From the IMG/VR virus record IMGVR_UViG_3300005613_000005, positions 91,213 through 155,212 of that record: a stretch of DNA of 64,000 bases; one strand, given 5' to 3'. This DNA comes from a virus (Duplodnaviria > Heunggongvirae > Uroviricota > Caudoviricetes). Shown piece by piece: positions 17,704 to 26,854 of the stretch. Below the pieces are notes generated by a model. That model was not told the DNA's origin and made no database searches. It was given only the letters and a program-made list of their open reading frames with translations. Position 1 is the stretch's first letter; each line of letters opens with the position of its first letter. A program made the position numbers and the translations under genes.

Positions 17704-18660
17704 TTAACTTACATAACCTTCTAATCGTACAAAAGTTGAAGCAGATCCGCCTAAAAAAGCACTTCGATATCGTTCCGCTTGAAAACTAACCGTTACTTTA
17801 TCACCTATATTTGATAGTATCTCAGGTTCAGTAAATTTAATCTCAGTGTTGCGACTCGTCGGTGAGGTACGCGTAACAGCTGCTAGATTGGACGGATTTA
17901 TAGACGCACCGCGATAGATGCGCCATATACCAAAAGTTTCAGCATCGCCCAACAACACAGCGATCTTTTCGTTCAACGACGTTGACGTGTACGTTGCTAC
18001 TATCGTTTCATTGGTATTAGTAAACGAACCACTGTTAGTATAAATGATAGGATTAACATTGCCCGGTAACCAATGAACGTTGATACTACCGTCAGCGTTG
18101 ATCTCTAATAAATCAGTGCCGTCACCGACCCTGACTGAATCATGTACATCACCAACATCAGGATAATCGTCGATGTGAGATAATTGAACTTCCAGTTCAG
18201 CATTGACCGTTCCAATTTCTATGGAACCGTCTGACAGTTGCACCGGAAGAGGATTATCGATCGTATAATAATTACCGAGCCAATCAACTAAAACATTCCT
18301 GTGAGCCAACGTTGGTTCTTCTTCGTATATTATCCTAGTTATCTCTTGTTCAGGGATTACAGGTCTCTGTTGCTCGTTAAGAAAAACAGCGGCACTGGCA
18401 GCGGTCGTGTACGCAGATATGTCATGTACATCCTGTATTTTACTACCTATCGGACCTACTACAAACTGAGTGTCTGATAGGACCTGCTGGATCTGTAACT
18501 CGATGTTACTTTGACCAGAAGCGGTTAATATAACTTTTTGTTTGACCTTAAAATTTATAGTATTAGCTATAGTCACAACACCGTGAACAGTACCGTCGAC
18601 TGTAAAGGTTTGCGATGAAACAGCGCGATAGCGCCTTTCAGTAATCCTATTATTAGGCAT
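17704..18660 (-). CDS. Virion structural protein
   Basis: NPLPVQLSDG / DSVRVGDGTDLLEINADGSINV motifs typical of phage fibre-base proteins; GGAG RBS. Confidence 0.65.
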   Translation of the reverse strand: MPNNRITERRYRAVSSQTFTVDGTVHGVVTIANTINFKVKQKVILTASGQSNIELQIQQVLSDTQFVVGPIGSKIQDVHDISAYTTAASAAVFLNEQQRPVIPEQEITRIIYEEEPTLAHRNVLVDWLGNYYTIDNPLPVQLSDGSIEIGTVNAELEVQLSHIDDYPDVGDVHDSVRVGDGTDLLEINADGSINVHWLPGNVNPIIYTNSGSFTNTNETIVATYTSTSLNEKIAVLLGDAETFGIWRIYRGASINPSNLAAVTRTSPTSRNTEIKFTEPEILSNIGDKVTVSFQAERYRSAFLGGSASTFVRLEGYVS

Positions 18661-18728
18661 AATTTATCTCCATCCAATCCTAAACCAAAAACCTTTTCCA
18701 AACCAGGATTGGCTATAAATTACTATAA

Positions 18729-19049
18729 TTATCCCATATCACTCAAAGTTGTAAACTCTGCTTCCGTTTGGTCTGGGATATATTTTTCCCAAACGTAAGT
18801 CTCACCATCGTAAGTAAATTCAAATTTATAATACGATGGGTTCACCATGTTCTCGTTGTCCAACAGATTAACTTCCCAGTAACCGTTAGAATCTGTCGTT
18901 ATCGATACAGAAGAAGGAAATAGTATCTTGGTGACATCATCGCCAGAGTCATAATATTGGTTGCGTATAGTAAGCGATACTGATACCCCTGCACCAGAGA
19001 TCGCGTTACCTTGTATGTCACTCAAAGTTCCATATACTCTACATGCCAT
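18729..19049 (-). CDS. Prealbumin/carboxypeptidase-regulatory-like structural protein
   Basis: VYGTLSDIQG..ISGA.V...TTDSNGYWEVNL pattern. Confidence 0.55.
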   Translation of the reverse strand: MACRVYGTLSDIQGNAISGAGVSVSLTIRNQYYDSGDDVTKILFPSSVSITTDSNGYWEVNLLDNENMVNPSYYKFEFTYDGETYVWEKYIPDQTEAEFTTLSDMG

Positions 19050-19050
19050 G

Positions 19051-19494
19051 TTACTCACCTTCTACGTGCATGTTTCGTTCTGCACGTTCTTCTTCAGTCA
19101 ACTCCATCTGTTCCTCATACGATTTACCATTACCCCAATCATCATCATTAACGGTTGGACCATCGCCTACAGGAGCTTGGGCAGCCTTATAAAAATCAGC
19201 TATTTTGTTTTTATATTCTTCTTCTATCTTCTTCAAATCTTCTTCACTGACCACAAGACGTCCAAATAACTCTTCATCGGTGGCTTGACGAAACGTCTTG
19301 TTAGAATGCGCGTTCCTAATAATGTCAATAGCTTCTTTTAAAAGTTGTTCTCGGATAACGCGTTCACCACCTTTTTGTGACACATCACCGTCCTGTAACT
19401 GCAATGATTTTAACAGCTGTTCGCGCGCGTTTACGGTTTCAACTTTACCTTTTTTAAGAAACTCTGACCAGTCGGGCCACTTTTTTTCTGACAT
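19051..19494 (-). CDS. Putative head (prohead core) protein
   Basis: QLLKS-type motif, charged; context. Confidence 0.55.
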   Translation of the reverse strand: MSEKKWPDWSEFLKKGKVETVNAREQLLKSLQLQDGDVSQKGGERVIREQLLKEAIDIIRNAHSNKTFRQATDEELFGRLVVSEEDLKKIEEEYKNKIADFYKAAQAPVGDGPTVNDDDWGNGKSYEEQMELTEEERAERNMHVEGE

Positions 19495-19991
19495 TATTTA
19501 CCTTTCTTCTTGGGTCTCATACCTTTCATCTTCTTATCTTTAGCCGCTGCGCGTTGAAATTTTTTCTTACCGTATTTCTTACGGCCTATGTACGCGGCTA
19601 GACCAGCAGGATCATAGACGCCCTTCTTACCGCCAAGACGTCTTCTGACCCTAGAAAATCCCATGTACTTCTTCTCTAATTTTTCCATCTCATCGTCATC
19701 ATCGTACGCTTTAGTAAGATCGTCAACGAAATCCTGAGCTCCCTTGTCCATCTCATTCCAGTTCTGTAAGTTCAATGCTGATTTACGAAGTCCAACTTCA
19801 TCTAATGCTTTTACAAGCTCTATCTTTTCAGTTACTGACTCGAAACAATCATCTTCAGATTTCTTCCACTTCTCAGGTTCAATACCAGCTGCAACGCAAA
19901 CGGCATGCGGATTCCCAACATCAGGATTACTTTCTAAAACACCTTCAACACACCTGTCATGCTTTGATTTTCCACCTTTACTACCCGGCAT
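19494..19991 (-). CDS. Putative head protein with GVYDPAGLAAYIGRKKYG motif
   Basis: Start reassigned to ATG 19991 after GAGGAGG; several xxK-S/A motifs. Confidence 0.65.
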   Translation of the reverse strand: MPGSKGGKSKHDRCVEGVLESNPDVGNPHAVCVAAGIEPEKWKKSEDDCFESVTEKIELVKALDEVGLRKSALNLQNWNEMDKGAQDFVDDLTKAYDDDDEMEKLEKKYMGFSRVRRRLGGKKGVYDPAGLAAYIGRKKYGKKKFQRAAAKDKKMKGMRPKKKGK

Positions 19992-19992
19992 A

Positions 19993-21558
19993 TTATTCCT
20001 CCTCGTTTTTAGAATACCCGTAATGGGGTAGATCACTTTGCGGCGTAGAAACATCAGGACGTTCGACTGATACCGCAACATCATCTTCTTCATCTTTTTC
20101 TTTTTTGTTTGCTATAATCAAGTTACGTCTTAGATCTTTCATATGCCCAGCTGCGCCAGTTATAGCCTTGTCTTTTCCAATATGCGTAGATATTATTCTA
20201 CCGTTGTGCTTAACTTGATACATCCCTTTATCCTGTTGAATAGCTATGGAACCATGTTCAGGATGATTAAAATTTCCTGTAGCCTCGTTATATTTCCAAT
20301 CACTTTTGCTCATGTTAGTTTTATCATCAAGATCTCTTTCATCCAACAGTTCTTTTAACTCTAAAAAATGTTCTTTCTCTTCGTCTATTATATGCTGCAG
20401 GACATTCTTTAATTTTTTATTGTCAGTGGCTTTTAAATGCGCTTCGTACAAGTTGATCGCGTCTAATTCAGCCATCATATCTTGGCGTAACGCGGCCAAT
20501 ATCTCTTCTTCTGTTAACTTATCAGGAGTAGCATACTGCGATGGATTCGATTCTGCTTTTTTAAGATTGCTCGGTTTTTTGGTAGTTCTGGCATCGCTGT
20601 CCTGCGCCGCCTTCTTACGGTTATCAAGTTTTAATTCAAGTTCTTTTTTCTTATATTCTACTTCGAGATCTTTAAGTTTATTAGCTTTATCATACTCCAG
20701 ATCAAGCATTCGTTTCTTGTGATCGTTGTCTATCTGACTAACCTGAGATTTTATCTTGGCACTGTCGTATTCTAAGTCGTTCATACGCTGTTGATGCTGT
20801 GCATTAGATTCTGCCTCTTTATCTTTAACGGCGGCATCTCGTTCTGCAGCCGCTTTATCAACTTCCATCTTGGCGTTGTTCATGTCTATCTTGGACTGAT
20901 CAACGGGGTCGACCTGCGGTTCAGCATGACCGTGTACTACATGAGCTATCTCCTCATCGCTAAGACCCTCATCGCGTAGTATCTGTATAAGTTGCTCCTC
21001 AGAATTTCCTTGATCTTCAGCTTCTTCAAGAGATAGTTCTTGTTCTCCGTTTTCCTCAAGCGGCAGTTCCTGTCCTTGAGAATTGCCTTCTGGCGGTGCT
21101 GCACCTACTTTCCCATCCGCGTTTTCATCATCTTTAACTTCTTCTATTTCTTGTGCTTCTTCTAGGTCCATTATGGCTTCTTCACTACTTAGCTTTTTCT
21201 TAAGCTCTTCCCAACGTTCCACGATGCTTTTTCCTACACATTCTTTCTCGCCTTCACCAGGTCCCATACCTCTACCGTGTGGACCAGTCTCATCACGAAC
21301 ATGTCCTCCTGGCCCTATCTTTTTGTCTTTCTTAGATTTCTTTTTATCATCTTCATCTTTTTCTTTTTTTTCGGCGACGCGCGTATCTGCATCATGCGAA
21401 CCACCGTTGGCCATGTGTCGTTTTCCTTCACTCTCTTCATCTTGGTTCAAGTGTTTGACAGACAGTGCGGGTTGTTTTTCGAGCTCTTCATTACCATAGT
21501 CATACTCTTGTTTGCCATCGGCTTCACGATCAATTCGTTTTTTATCTTGTTTTTTCAT
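19993..21558 (-). CDS. Acidic multidomain head protein with an encapsulin-type ferritin-like (EncFtn/Flp) domain
   Basis: LRQDMMAELDAINLYEAH...VLQHIIDEEKEHFLEL at ~20310-20553; rest is low-complexity or coiled coil. Confidence 0.75.
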   Translation of the reverse strand: MKKQDKKRIDREADGKQEYDYGNEELEKQPALSVKHLNQDEESEGKRHMANGGSHDADTRVAEKKEKDEDDKKKSKKDKKIGPGGHVRDETGPHGRGMGPGEGEKECVGKSIVERWEELKKKLSSEEAIMDLEEAQEIEEVKDDENADGKVGAAPPEGNSQGQELPLEENGEQELSLEEAEDQGNSEEQLIQILRDEGLSDEEIAHVVHGHAEPQVDPVDQSKIDMNNAKMEVDKAAAERDAAVKDKEAESNAQHQQRMNDLEYDSAKIKSQVSQIDNDHKKRMLDLEYDKANKLKDLEVEYKKKELELKLDNRKKAAQDSDARTTKKPSNLKKAESNPSQYATPDKLTEEEILAALRQDMMAELDAINLYEAHLKATDNKKLKNVLQHIIDEEKEHFLELKELLDERDLDDKTNMSKSDWKYNEATGNFNHPEHGSIAIQQDKGMYQVKHNGRIISTHIGKDKAITGAAGHMKDLRRNLIIANKKEKDEEDDVAVSVERPDVSTPQSDLPHYGYSKNEEE

Positions 21559-22175
21559 TACTTAATTCCTTTGCTCAAGTTATCTTTGGCCCATAAAGGC
21601 TGCAAATTACTGTAATGACAAGCTTTTTTGAGCTGTTCTCTGTCATTGAGGTCAAACTTGCTTAAAGGTTTAACGTGGTCTATGTGCCAACCGTTTCTAG
21701 TCCAGTTGTCCCAAGACATGCCCGGTTTAAATTTGGACTCCAGATGCTTCTTAAGTTCTTCTATAGTACAGCCTAGGTCTCTAACGGCGGAGCCCCGTTT
21801 TGAGTTATTTTTGAGGGCACGATTTAATCTAGAACGCAAACAGGATGACAATTTACGTTGAATATCATTATGATATTTATCTATAAAATATTGCTTGTGC
21901 TTATCTCTACGTAATAAACGACTATGTTTATCACAGCATATCCTAGTACAAAATTGTTTATCTTTCCTTGTTTTATTGAACATAGATCCACAATATTTGC
22001 ATTTAATAGGTAAATATGATACTTTTTTATATTTACTGATAAGTTTCCATTTTTTATTTTTATAATTACTGGAAATACATTGTTTACAGATAGATTTACG
22101 TCCATATCTTGCTGTTCCTAGATGAAAATCATCCAAAAACATGTTTCGTTTACATTGGTTACATTTCTTCTTCAT
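21558..22175 (-). CDS. HNH homing endonuclease (prasinovirus endonuclease VII-like family)
   Basis: LGCTIEELKKHLESKF..GMSWDN...WHIDHVKPLS.F...CHYSNLQPLWAKDNLSKG; AT-rich. Confidence 0.9.
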   Translation of the reverse strand: MKKKCNQCKRNMFLDDFHLGTARYGRKSICKQCISSNYKNKKWKLISKYKKVSYLPIKCKYCGSMFNKTRKDKQFCTRICCDKHSRLLRRDKHKQYFIDKYHNDIQRKLSSCLRSRLNRALKNNSKRGSAVRDLGCTIEELKKHLESKFKPGMSWDNWTRNGWHIDHVKPLSKFDLNDREQLKKACHYSNLQPLWAKDNLSKGIK

Positions 22176-22191
22176 AGTACTACTTTACCTC

Positions 22192-23022
22192 TTAAAACCA
22201 GTCCACCAAGAATGATCGTTGATAGTAAGTTTTAGCTGCTTCAGTTTGCGTAGCGCGCTGTTTCTCTAAATCAGCTAATCTATTTTGAAAAAATGCTGGA
22301 CCTAAGGTACTTACGCTTTGTGATGTACCATCGATTCCAATACTTGTAGAATTTTGTGGAAAAAGAATAGGTCCCAACATAGAAAGTGTTTTTATCCCTG
22401 CGATAGTTTCTATAAGTGCAGTAAGCACGGCCGGACATTGACCATCAGGAAAACCAGCCTCATAGGTAATTCTGATACCGCCGGGAAAATTGGTTATGCC
22501 GATAGCTCTCAACGCGTGAAACTGAGTTCCTGAAAATGCCGACAACAAAAAACCACTTAAAGATGTCCCAAACGCCGGCACCAGTTGTATTACTCCCTCT
22601 TGTGGCATCAAGTGCACGTGCTCTAGTGGAAAATCTACGAACGGTGTGTTTTCTATATCGTTGGTAAAAGACAACTGCACGGATAGTATAGAATACACGT
22701 TCGGATGATTTAACTTCAAATAGTTGTAGTTCCACGTAAAGTTATGACGTAAGTAATCGTGTTTTTCTTTAAATTTAACCGGTGTTATATATAAGTCTAA
22801 TAAGTGTTCAACTTCTGATATCGCTTCATTGATATAACGTTGAAGTTGCTCATCTGTTACCGAATCGTTCGTGAACGCTGACTGCATTGGTATACCAAAC
22901 AAAGCTCCTTGTCGTAAAGTAGTCGGTGTTGGAAGTGGATTAAACCTATCAACTTTAGGAGTTAGTTCCTCTTCTGACCAAGCAGGATTTAGAGTTATAT
23001 CTGGTGTTCTATCGATAGACAT
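22192..23022 (-). CDS. Head-tail adaptor / neck protein
   Basis: YINEAISEVEHLL, ITYEAGF..P, SIGIDG.SQS pattern of myovirus neck proteins. Confidence 0.7.
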   Translation of the reverse strand: MSIDRTPDITLNPAWSEEELTPKVDRFNPLPTPTTLRQGALFGIPMQSAFTNDSVTDEQLQRYINEAISEVEHLLDLYITPVKFKEKHDYLRHNFTWNYNYLKLNHPNVYSILSVQLSFTNDIENTPFVDFPLEHVHLMPQEGVIQLVPAFGTSLSGFLLSAFSGTQFHALRAIGITNFPGGIRITYEAGFPDGQCPAVLTALIETIAGIKTLSMLGPILFPQNSTSIGIDGTSQSVSTLGPAFFQNRLADLEKQRATQTEAAKTYYQRSFLVDWF

Positions 23023-24521
23023 TATTCTTCTCCTTCAGGCTTTTTAGGTTGCGCAACAGCTGCTTCAGTCGCACGTATATTAGCGGCGCGCCTCATAGCT
23101 TCTTTCGGCACTTCACCCGCAGCCACAACGTGGTCTCCCATCTTGCCAGCGATTCTACGCCCTGCATAAGTACTAAACTTAGTACCCATACCAGGTTTAT
23201 ATCTAGACAAGGCGTCCATTAGACCGTGAAAACCCGCCATGTGCAGATCATCAGATTCTACTCCTTCATGAACTTTACCAGCACCTTGTAATTTCTTACT
23301 GTGCAGATTGATCAACGGAGCATGTTCTGTTACAAACTGGTTTAATAATTTTTGATTAGCTGGATCTTTCAACAATCCAGACGCAGGAGTTTCTACTTTT
23401 TCTTTAACGGGTTGAGCACTAATGCCTTGTGAAGTTCTAGCAGCCATAACACGTTTATATCGATCTTGCTGTTCAGGTGATGCTCTCTGTATCGCTTCAC
23501 GAAGTTTGGGATTAGCTTCAGCAAACGCGGCCAACGGATCTTTCTTGATAGTAGTCTGCAATTGACCACCTTCTCCCTTAGTACCACCGGCTTGCTGAAC
23601 AGCTTCGGCCATCGTTGTCTCGACGGGCATACCAACGCCACCTCTCATTATATGCTGCATCTTCTCATGCAGGTCAGCATTAGCAGCCTCTTTTATATCT
23701 TTCGCAGAGCCATGCGCTTCTTTTATAGCTTGACGACCTTCAGCATGCTCTGGATTTTGTGCCTCATAATCTTTATGAAATTTCCTGATCGCACGTACTT
23801 TATCTATACCCTTTAAATCTTTTATAGATTCCATGAACTTCTGACGAGCATCATGAAAAGGAATAGCATAATTTTGAACAGCACTCAAGATCTTACCACG
23901 AACATGTTTTTCAGGACTTTTACTTGGATCAGCGGTCAGATAATCATGCTTGCGCGCGTTCTCTACCCATTCTTGCGCTAAGGGTTGCAATCTCTCTAAC
24001 ATCTTTGGTGACATCTCACTGGGATGTACGGTATGTAATAATGCTTCTTGAAGAGTTTTAGGACCTCCATGAGCTCCCGCAAGATATTCAGCTTCACGAT
24101 GAGTATAGCCTTCTTTCAGATATTTATCCATGGCCTCCTGATGCTCTGGAGAATACTTTTCTTGCGGTTGCCATTCTTTATATAAAGATCTCACAGGTTT
24201 TTTAGTCGGTTCTTTTTGTTTTGCTTCTTGTTCTTGAATAAAACGAGCAGCCTCATCTTCTTCATCGAGTTTCTCAGGATCAATGATCTGCATCCCTTCA
24301 AGATCTTCTTCACTAATATCGTCTTCATTAACCTTACTAAGCTGATCACGAAATTTCTGTAGCGTATCAAGTACGATGTCGGTCTTTTTCATTTTCTGAT
24401 ATATACTATTGACCAACGCCCAGTATCTATCACCGTCACCTTCGTTCAATGTTTTGTTGGCAGCTTGCTTAGCTTTCTGCCACCTTTTTTCATCAGCAGG
24501 AGTTTTAATAAAAACCGGCAT
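23022..24521 (-). CDS. Head-region protein: N-terminal ChaB-like helix hairpin and C-terminal sigma70 region 2 (FliA/WhiG-like)
   Basis: DEKRWQKAKQAA...YWALVNSIYQKM at N-terminus; DDLHMAGFHGLMDALSRYKPGMGTKFSTYAGRRIAGKMGDH at C-terminus. Confidence 0.75.
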   Translation of the reverse strand: MPVFIKTPADEKRWQKAKQAANKTLNEGDGDRYWALVNSIYQKMKKTDIVLDTLQKFRDQLSKVNEDDISEEDLEGMQIIDPEKLDEEDEAARFIQEQEAKQKEPTKKPVRSLYKEWQPQEKYSPEHQEAMDKYLKEGYTHREAEYLAGAHGGPKTLQEALLHTVHPSEMSPKMLERLQPLAQEWVENARKHDYLTADPSKSPEKHVRGKILSAVQNYAIPFHDARQKFMESIKDLKGIDKVRAIRKFHKDYEAQNPEHAEGRQAIKEAHGSAKDIKEAANADLHEKMQHIMRGGVGMPVETTMAEAVQQAGGTKGEGGQLQTTIKKDPLAAFAEANPKLREAIQRASPEQQDRYKRVMAARTSQGISAQPVKEKVETPASGLLKDPANQKLLNQFVTEHAPLINLHSKKLQGAGKVHEGVESDDLHMAGFHGLMDALSRYKPGMGTKFSTYAGRRIAGKMGDHVVAAGEVPKEAMRRAANIRATEAAVAQPKKPEGEE

Positions 24522-25459
24522 TACTTGCCCCCTTTAACTGGTGAACCTATGTTAAGCGGTTTAAAATCAGGCTTATCATGTATATGTTTAAAAGGATGCT
24601 GTTCACTTTTAACACCGCTGGTTTTTAACTTATATTGTTCGGGGTTTTCTTGCTCTAGTTTTTCTTGACGCGCAAACCAATTTTCAGCGTGCGGCTGATT
24701 GTAATAAGCATCTAGAGCTTCATGGTACCCTTTTATATCATGTGATTTACCATGTTTCATTATCGGATGATAGTCAAATTCATGGTGTTGAAAAGTTCCA
24801 GGAGATTTGAGCCCTTGATTTATATGAACGTATTTACCATTAACACTTGTTTCATGTGCCGGCCATGTTTTGTTGTGGCCATGCTTAGAGACTTCTTTCA
24901 TGTACGCAGGATCTTTTTCACTGGGAGCCTTAAACAACCAACTTACATCTTTCGTGCCATGAACTCGCGACAATCCCTTAGTTTTAGTTGTAAAATCACC
25001 GGACTTATATCGTCCACTTTGAACATGCGGATGATCAACTTCATATTGTTTCTCATATTTAGAACGTTCCCATGGTTTTATATCGACGTAGTTTAACGCA
25101 AGACCTCCCATAGAATGTTTCTGCGCTTGTTGCGCAACATGCATTATCTTAAGTGCCTGATGCATATGTTGATTAGCTAAACTTTCATTGCCAGCACGGT
25201 GTGCCGCAGCAGCGTGAGAAAAATGATGTCCCAGTGCTCCGCGAATCATCTCAGGATGATGTGGCATCATCTTCGTGGCGAACTCCGCCATAACAGGGGA
25301 CGGATTTCTGCCGACCGCTTCGTTGATGGCCATCTTCTCCAACGACTCTACCACCATCCCGGCGATTACATCGTCAGCCGCGCATTTTATCAAAGTTTGT
25401 AGTATTGGATCGTCTTCTACTTTACGAAGCAGAAGCGCCTTAAAACTCTCAAGTTTCAT
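24521..25459 (-). CDS. His-rich putative internal head protein
   Basis: 27 His in 312 aa by hand count; ESLEKMA motif; context. Confidence 0.6.
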   Translation of the reverse strand: MKLESFKALLLRKVEDDPILQTLIKCAADDVIAGMVVESLEKMAINEAVGRNPSPVMAEFATKMMPHHPEMIRGALGHHFSHAAAAHRAGNESLANQHMHQALKIMHVAQQAQKHSMGGLALNYVDIKPWERSKYEKQYEVDHPHVQSGRYKSGDFTTKTKGLSRVHGTKDVSWLFKAPSEKDPAYMKEVSKHGHNKTWPAHETSVNGKYVHINQGLKSPGTFQHHEFDYHPIMKHGKSHDIKGYHEALDAYYNQPHAENWFARQEKLEQENPEQYKLKTSGVKSEQHPFKHIHDKPDFKPLNIGSPVKGGK

Positions 25460-25472
25460 AGGTTACTCCCGC

Positions 25473-26135
25473 TTATACGTTTATAATTTCAAAGATACAT
25501 GCCTGATCGGTGTACACGTAATCATCAGATGTATACACGTAGTACATGTGGTTAGGCGGAAATTTAATAGTTTCGGCCATCTTGTCGAAGGTAAACGTGA
25601 AACCAGATGTACCAGCAGAAACTTGTTCCATGGTGCTGAAACCATCGTGCGCTACTACTATATTTCCCGCTAGATCATCAGAACCGGCTGAAAACTTAGC
25701 GTCAGCGATTATTTTAGTGTAAACTGCAGTGCCCACTTGTGCCGCTGTCATGCCAGTAGTAACCGTCGTGATCTCTACGCTCCTGTCTGCTCCATGTGCT
25801 GGTTCTGCCGTTCCTGAATCGTCTACGTCTATCCAGAAAGCTACTGATCCAGCATCGTCCTCTAATATAAAATACGTGCCGTCTAAAGAACCTGCAACGT
25901 CAGCTACACATGCGATAGCAGTAGATCCTATATCTGAATCGCCAAAAGCCATTGAAGTGGCGCTAGCACCGGTTATAACACGACAGAATTTTTGATATCC
26001 AATTGAAGTAGGAGTAATTGCAGACACAGAAACTCTCCTACCAGGAATGTGAATTCCGTGTACCGTTTGTCCTATATCTGTAAAATTCTTAGAACGAATT
26101 GGTCCAAAATTATCTTGATTAGGTCGTCTAGCCAT
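25473..26135 (-). CDS. Structural protein with one copy of the DVDDSG/HGAD module
   Basis: Module shared with the 8521-10152 gene; AAGGAG RBS and TGGTATAAT promoter at 26168-26176. Confidence 0.75.
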   Translation of the reverse strand: MARRPNQDNFGPIRSKNFTDIGQTVHGIHIPGRRVSVSAITPTSIGYQKFCRVITGASATSMAFGDSDIGSTAIACVADVAGSLDGTYFILEDDAGSVAFWIDVDDSGTAEPAHGADRSVEITTVTTGMTAAQVGTAVYTKIIADAKFSAGSDDLAGNIVVAHDGFSTMEQVSAGTSGFTFTFDKMAETIKFPPNHMYYVYTSDDYVYTDQACIFEIINV

Positions 26136-26209
26136 GGTATCTCCTTTATAAACCTCGTTATAAAGATATTATACCATAACCGACTATAGAAAAATCGGTT
26201 AAAAACTAG

Positions 26210-26854
26210 TTATTTAACTTCTTTAAAGTAACGGGTCGTCTCCCACAGATCGCGTACTTTTTCAAAATCTCCTTCTTCGATCTCCACGTCTCGCGTTATT
26301 GGTGATTCGATCAAGAATATCTGGTTCACGTTTGTATTCTCAGACACGTCCTTGATGTTGTCCAGATTGTCGTCCATGAACCCCTGGATATTGTATTGTT
26401 TGGATAAGTTTCTGATTTTCTTAGCTTTATCTTTCTCAAATATCAGTTCATGATAGGGTAAATCATTAGAGAATATCCACAAACGAGTTTGCTCCTTATA
26501 CTGTTCATCGCGAGCTGTCATCAAGATTATATGGTAACCTAACTTATCAAAAGCGACTAAAGCTTCTCTAGCGTGAGGTAAGAGTGGCATTATAGCGTAT
26601 ATACCGTGTGGCTCCCACTCTTTAAACGTGGCGAACAACTCTTCACCGGTAACACTGTTGCCCCTGACATCAGTAACGTTTAGATCGACAAAGTTGTAGG
26701 TTTTAATGTCGTTATGCGATACTGAAGTTCCTTTAAGTTTATTCTGAAGCCAAGTAAGCGTGTATAAAAAATCACCTATAACACCGTCCATGTCGATGAC
26801 GATAGCTTTTGGTTTAGTAACACGCTTTTTTCTTTTAGGGGCTTCACTGACCAT
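26210..26854 (-). CDS. HAD-family 5'(3')-deoxyribonucleotidase-like phosphatase
   Basis: IVIDMDGV (motif I), ILMTAR (motif II), K (motif III), FMDDNLDN (motif IV). Confidence 0.85.
   Translation of the reverse strand: MVSEAPKRKKRVTKPKAIVIDMDGVIGDFLYTLTWLQNKLKGTSVSHNDIKTYNFVDLNVTDVRGNSVTGEELFATFKEWEPHGIYAIMPLLPHAREALVAFDKLGYHIILMTARDEQYKEQTRLWIFSNDLPYHELIFEKDKAKKIRNLSKQYNIQGFMDDNLDNIKDVSENTNVNQIFLIESPITRDVEIEEGDFEKVRDLWETTRYFKEVK

Noticed and set aside
9611-25859. Diversity-generating retroelement TR/VR pair
   Set aside because: Copies are identical rather than differing at adenines, both are inside ORFs, and no reverse transcriptase is in the window
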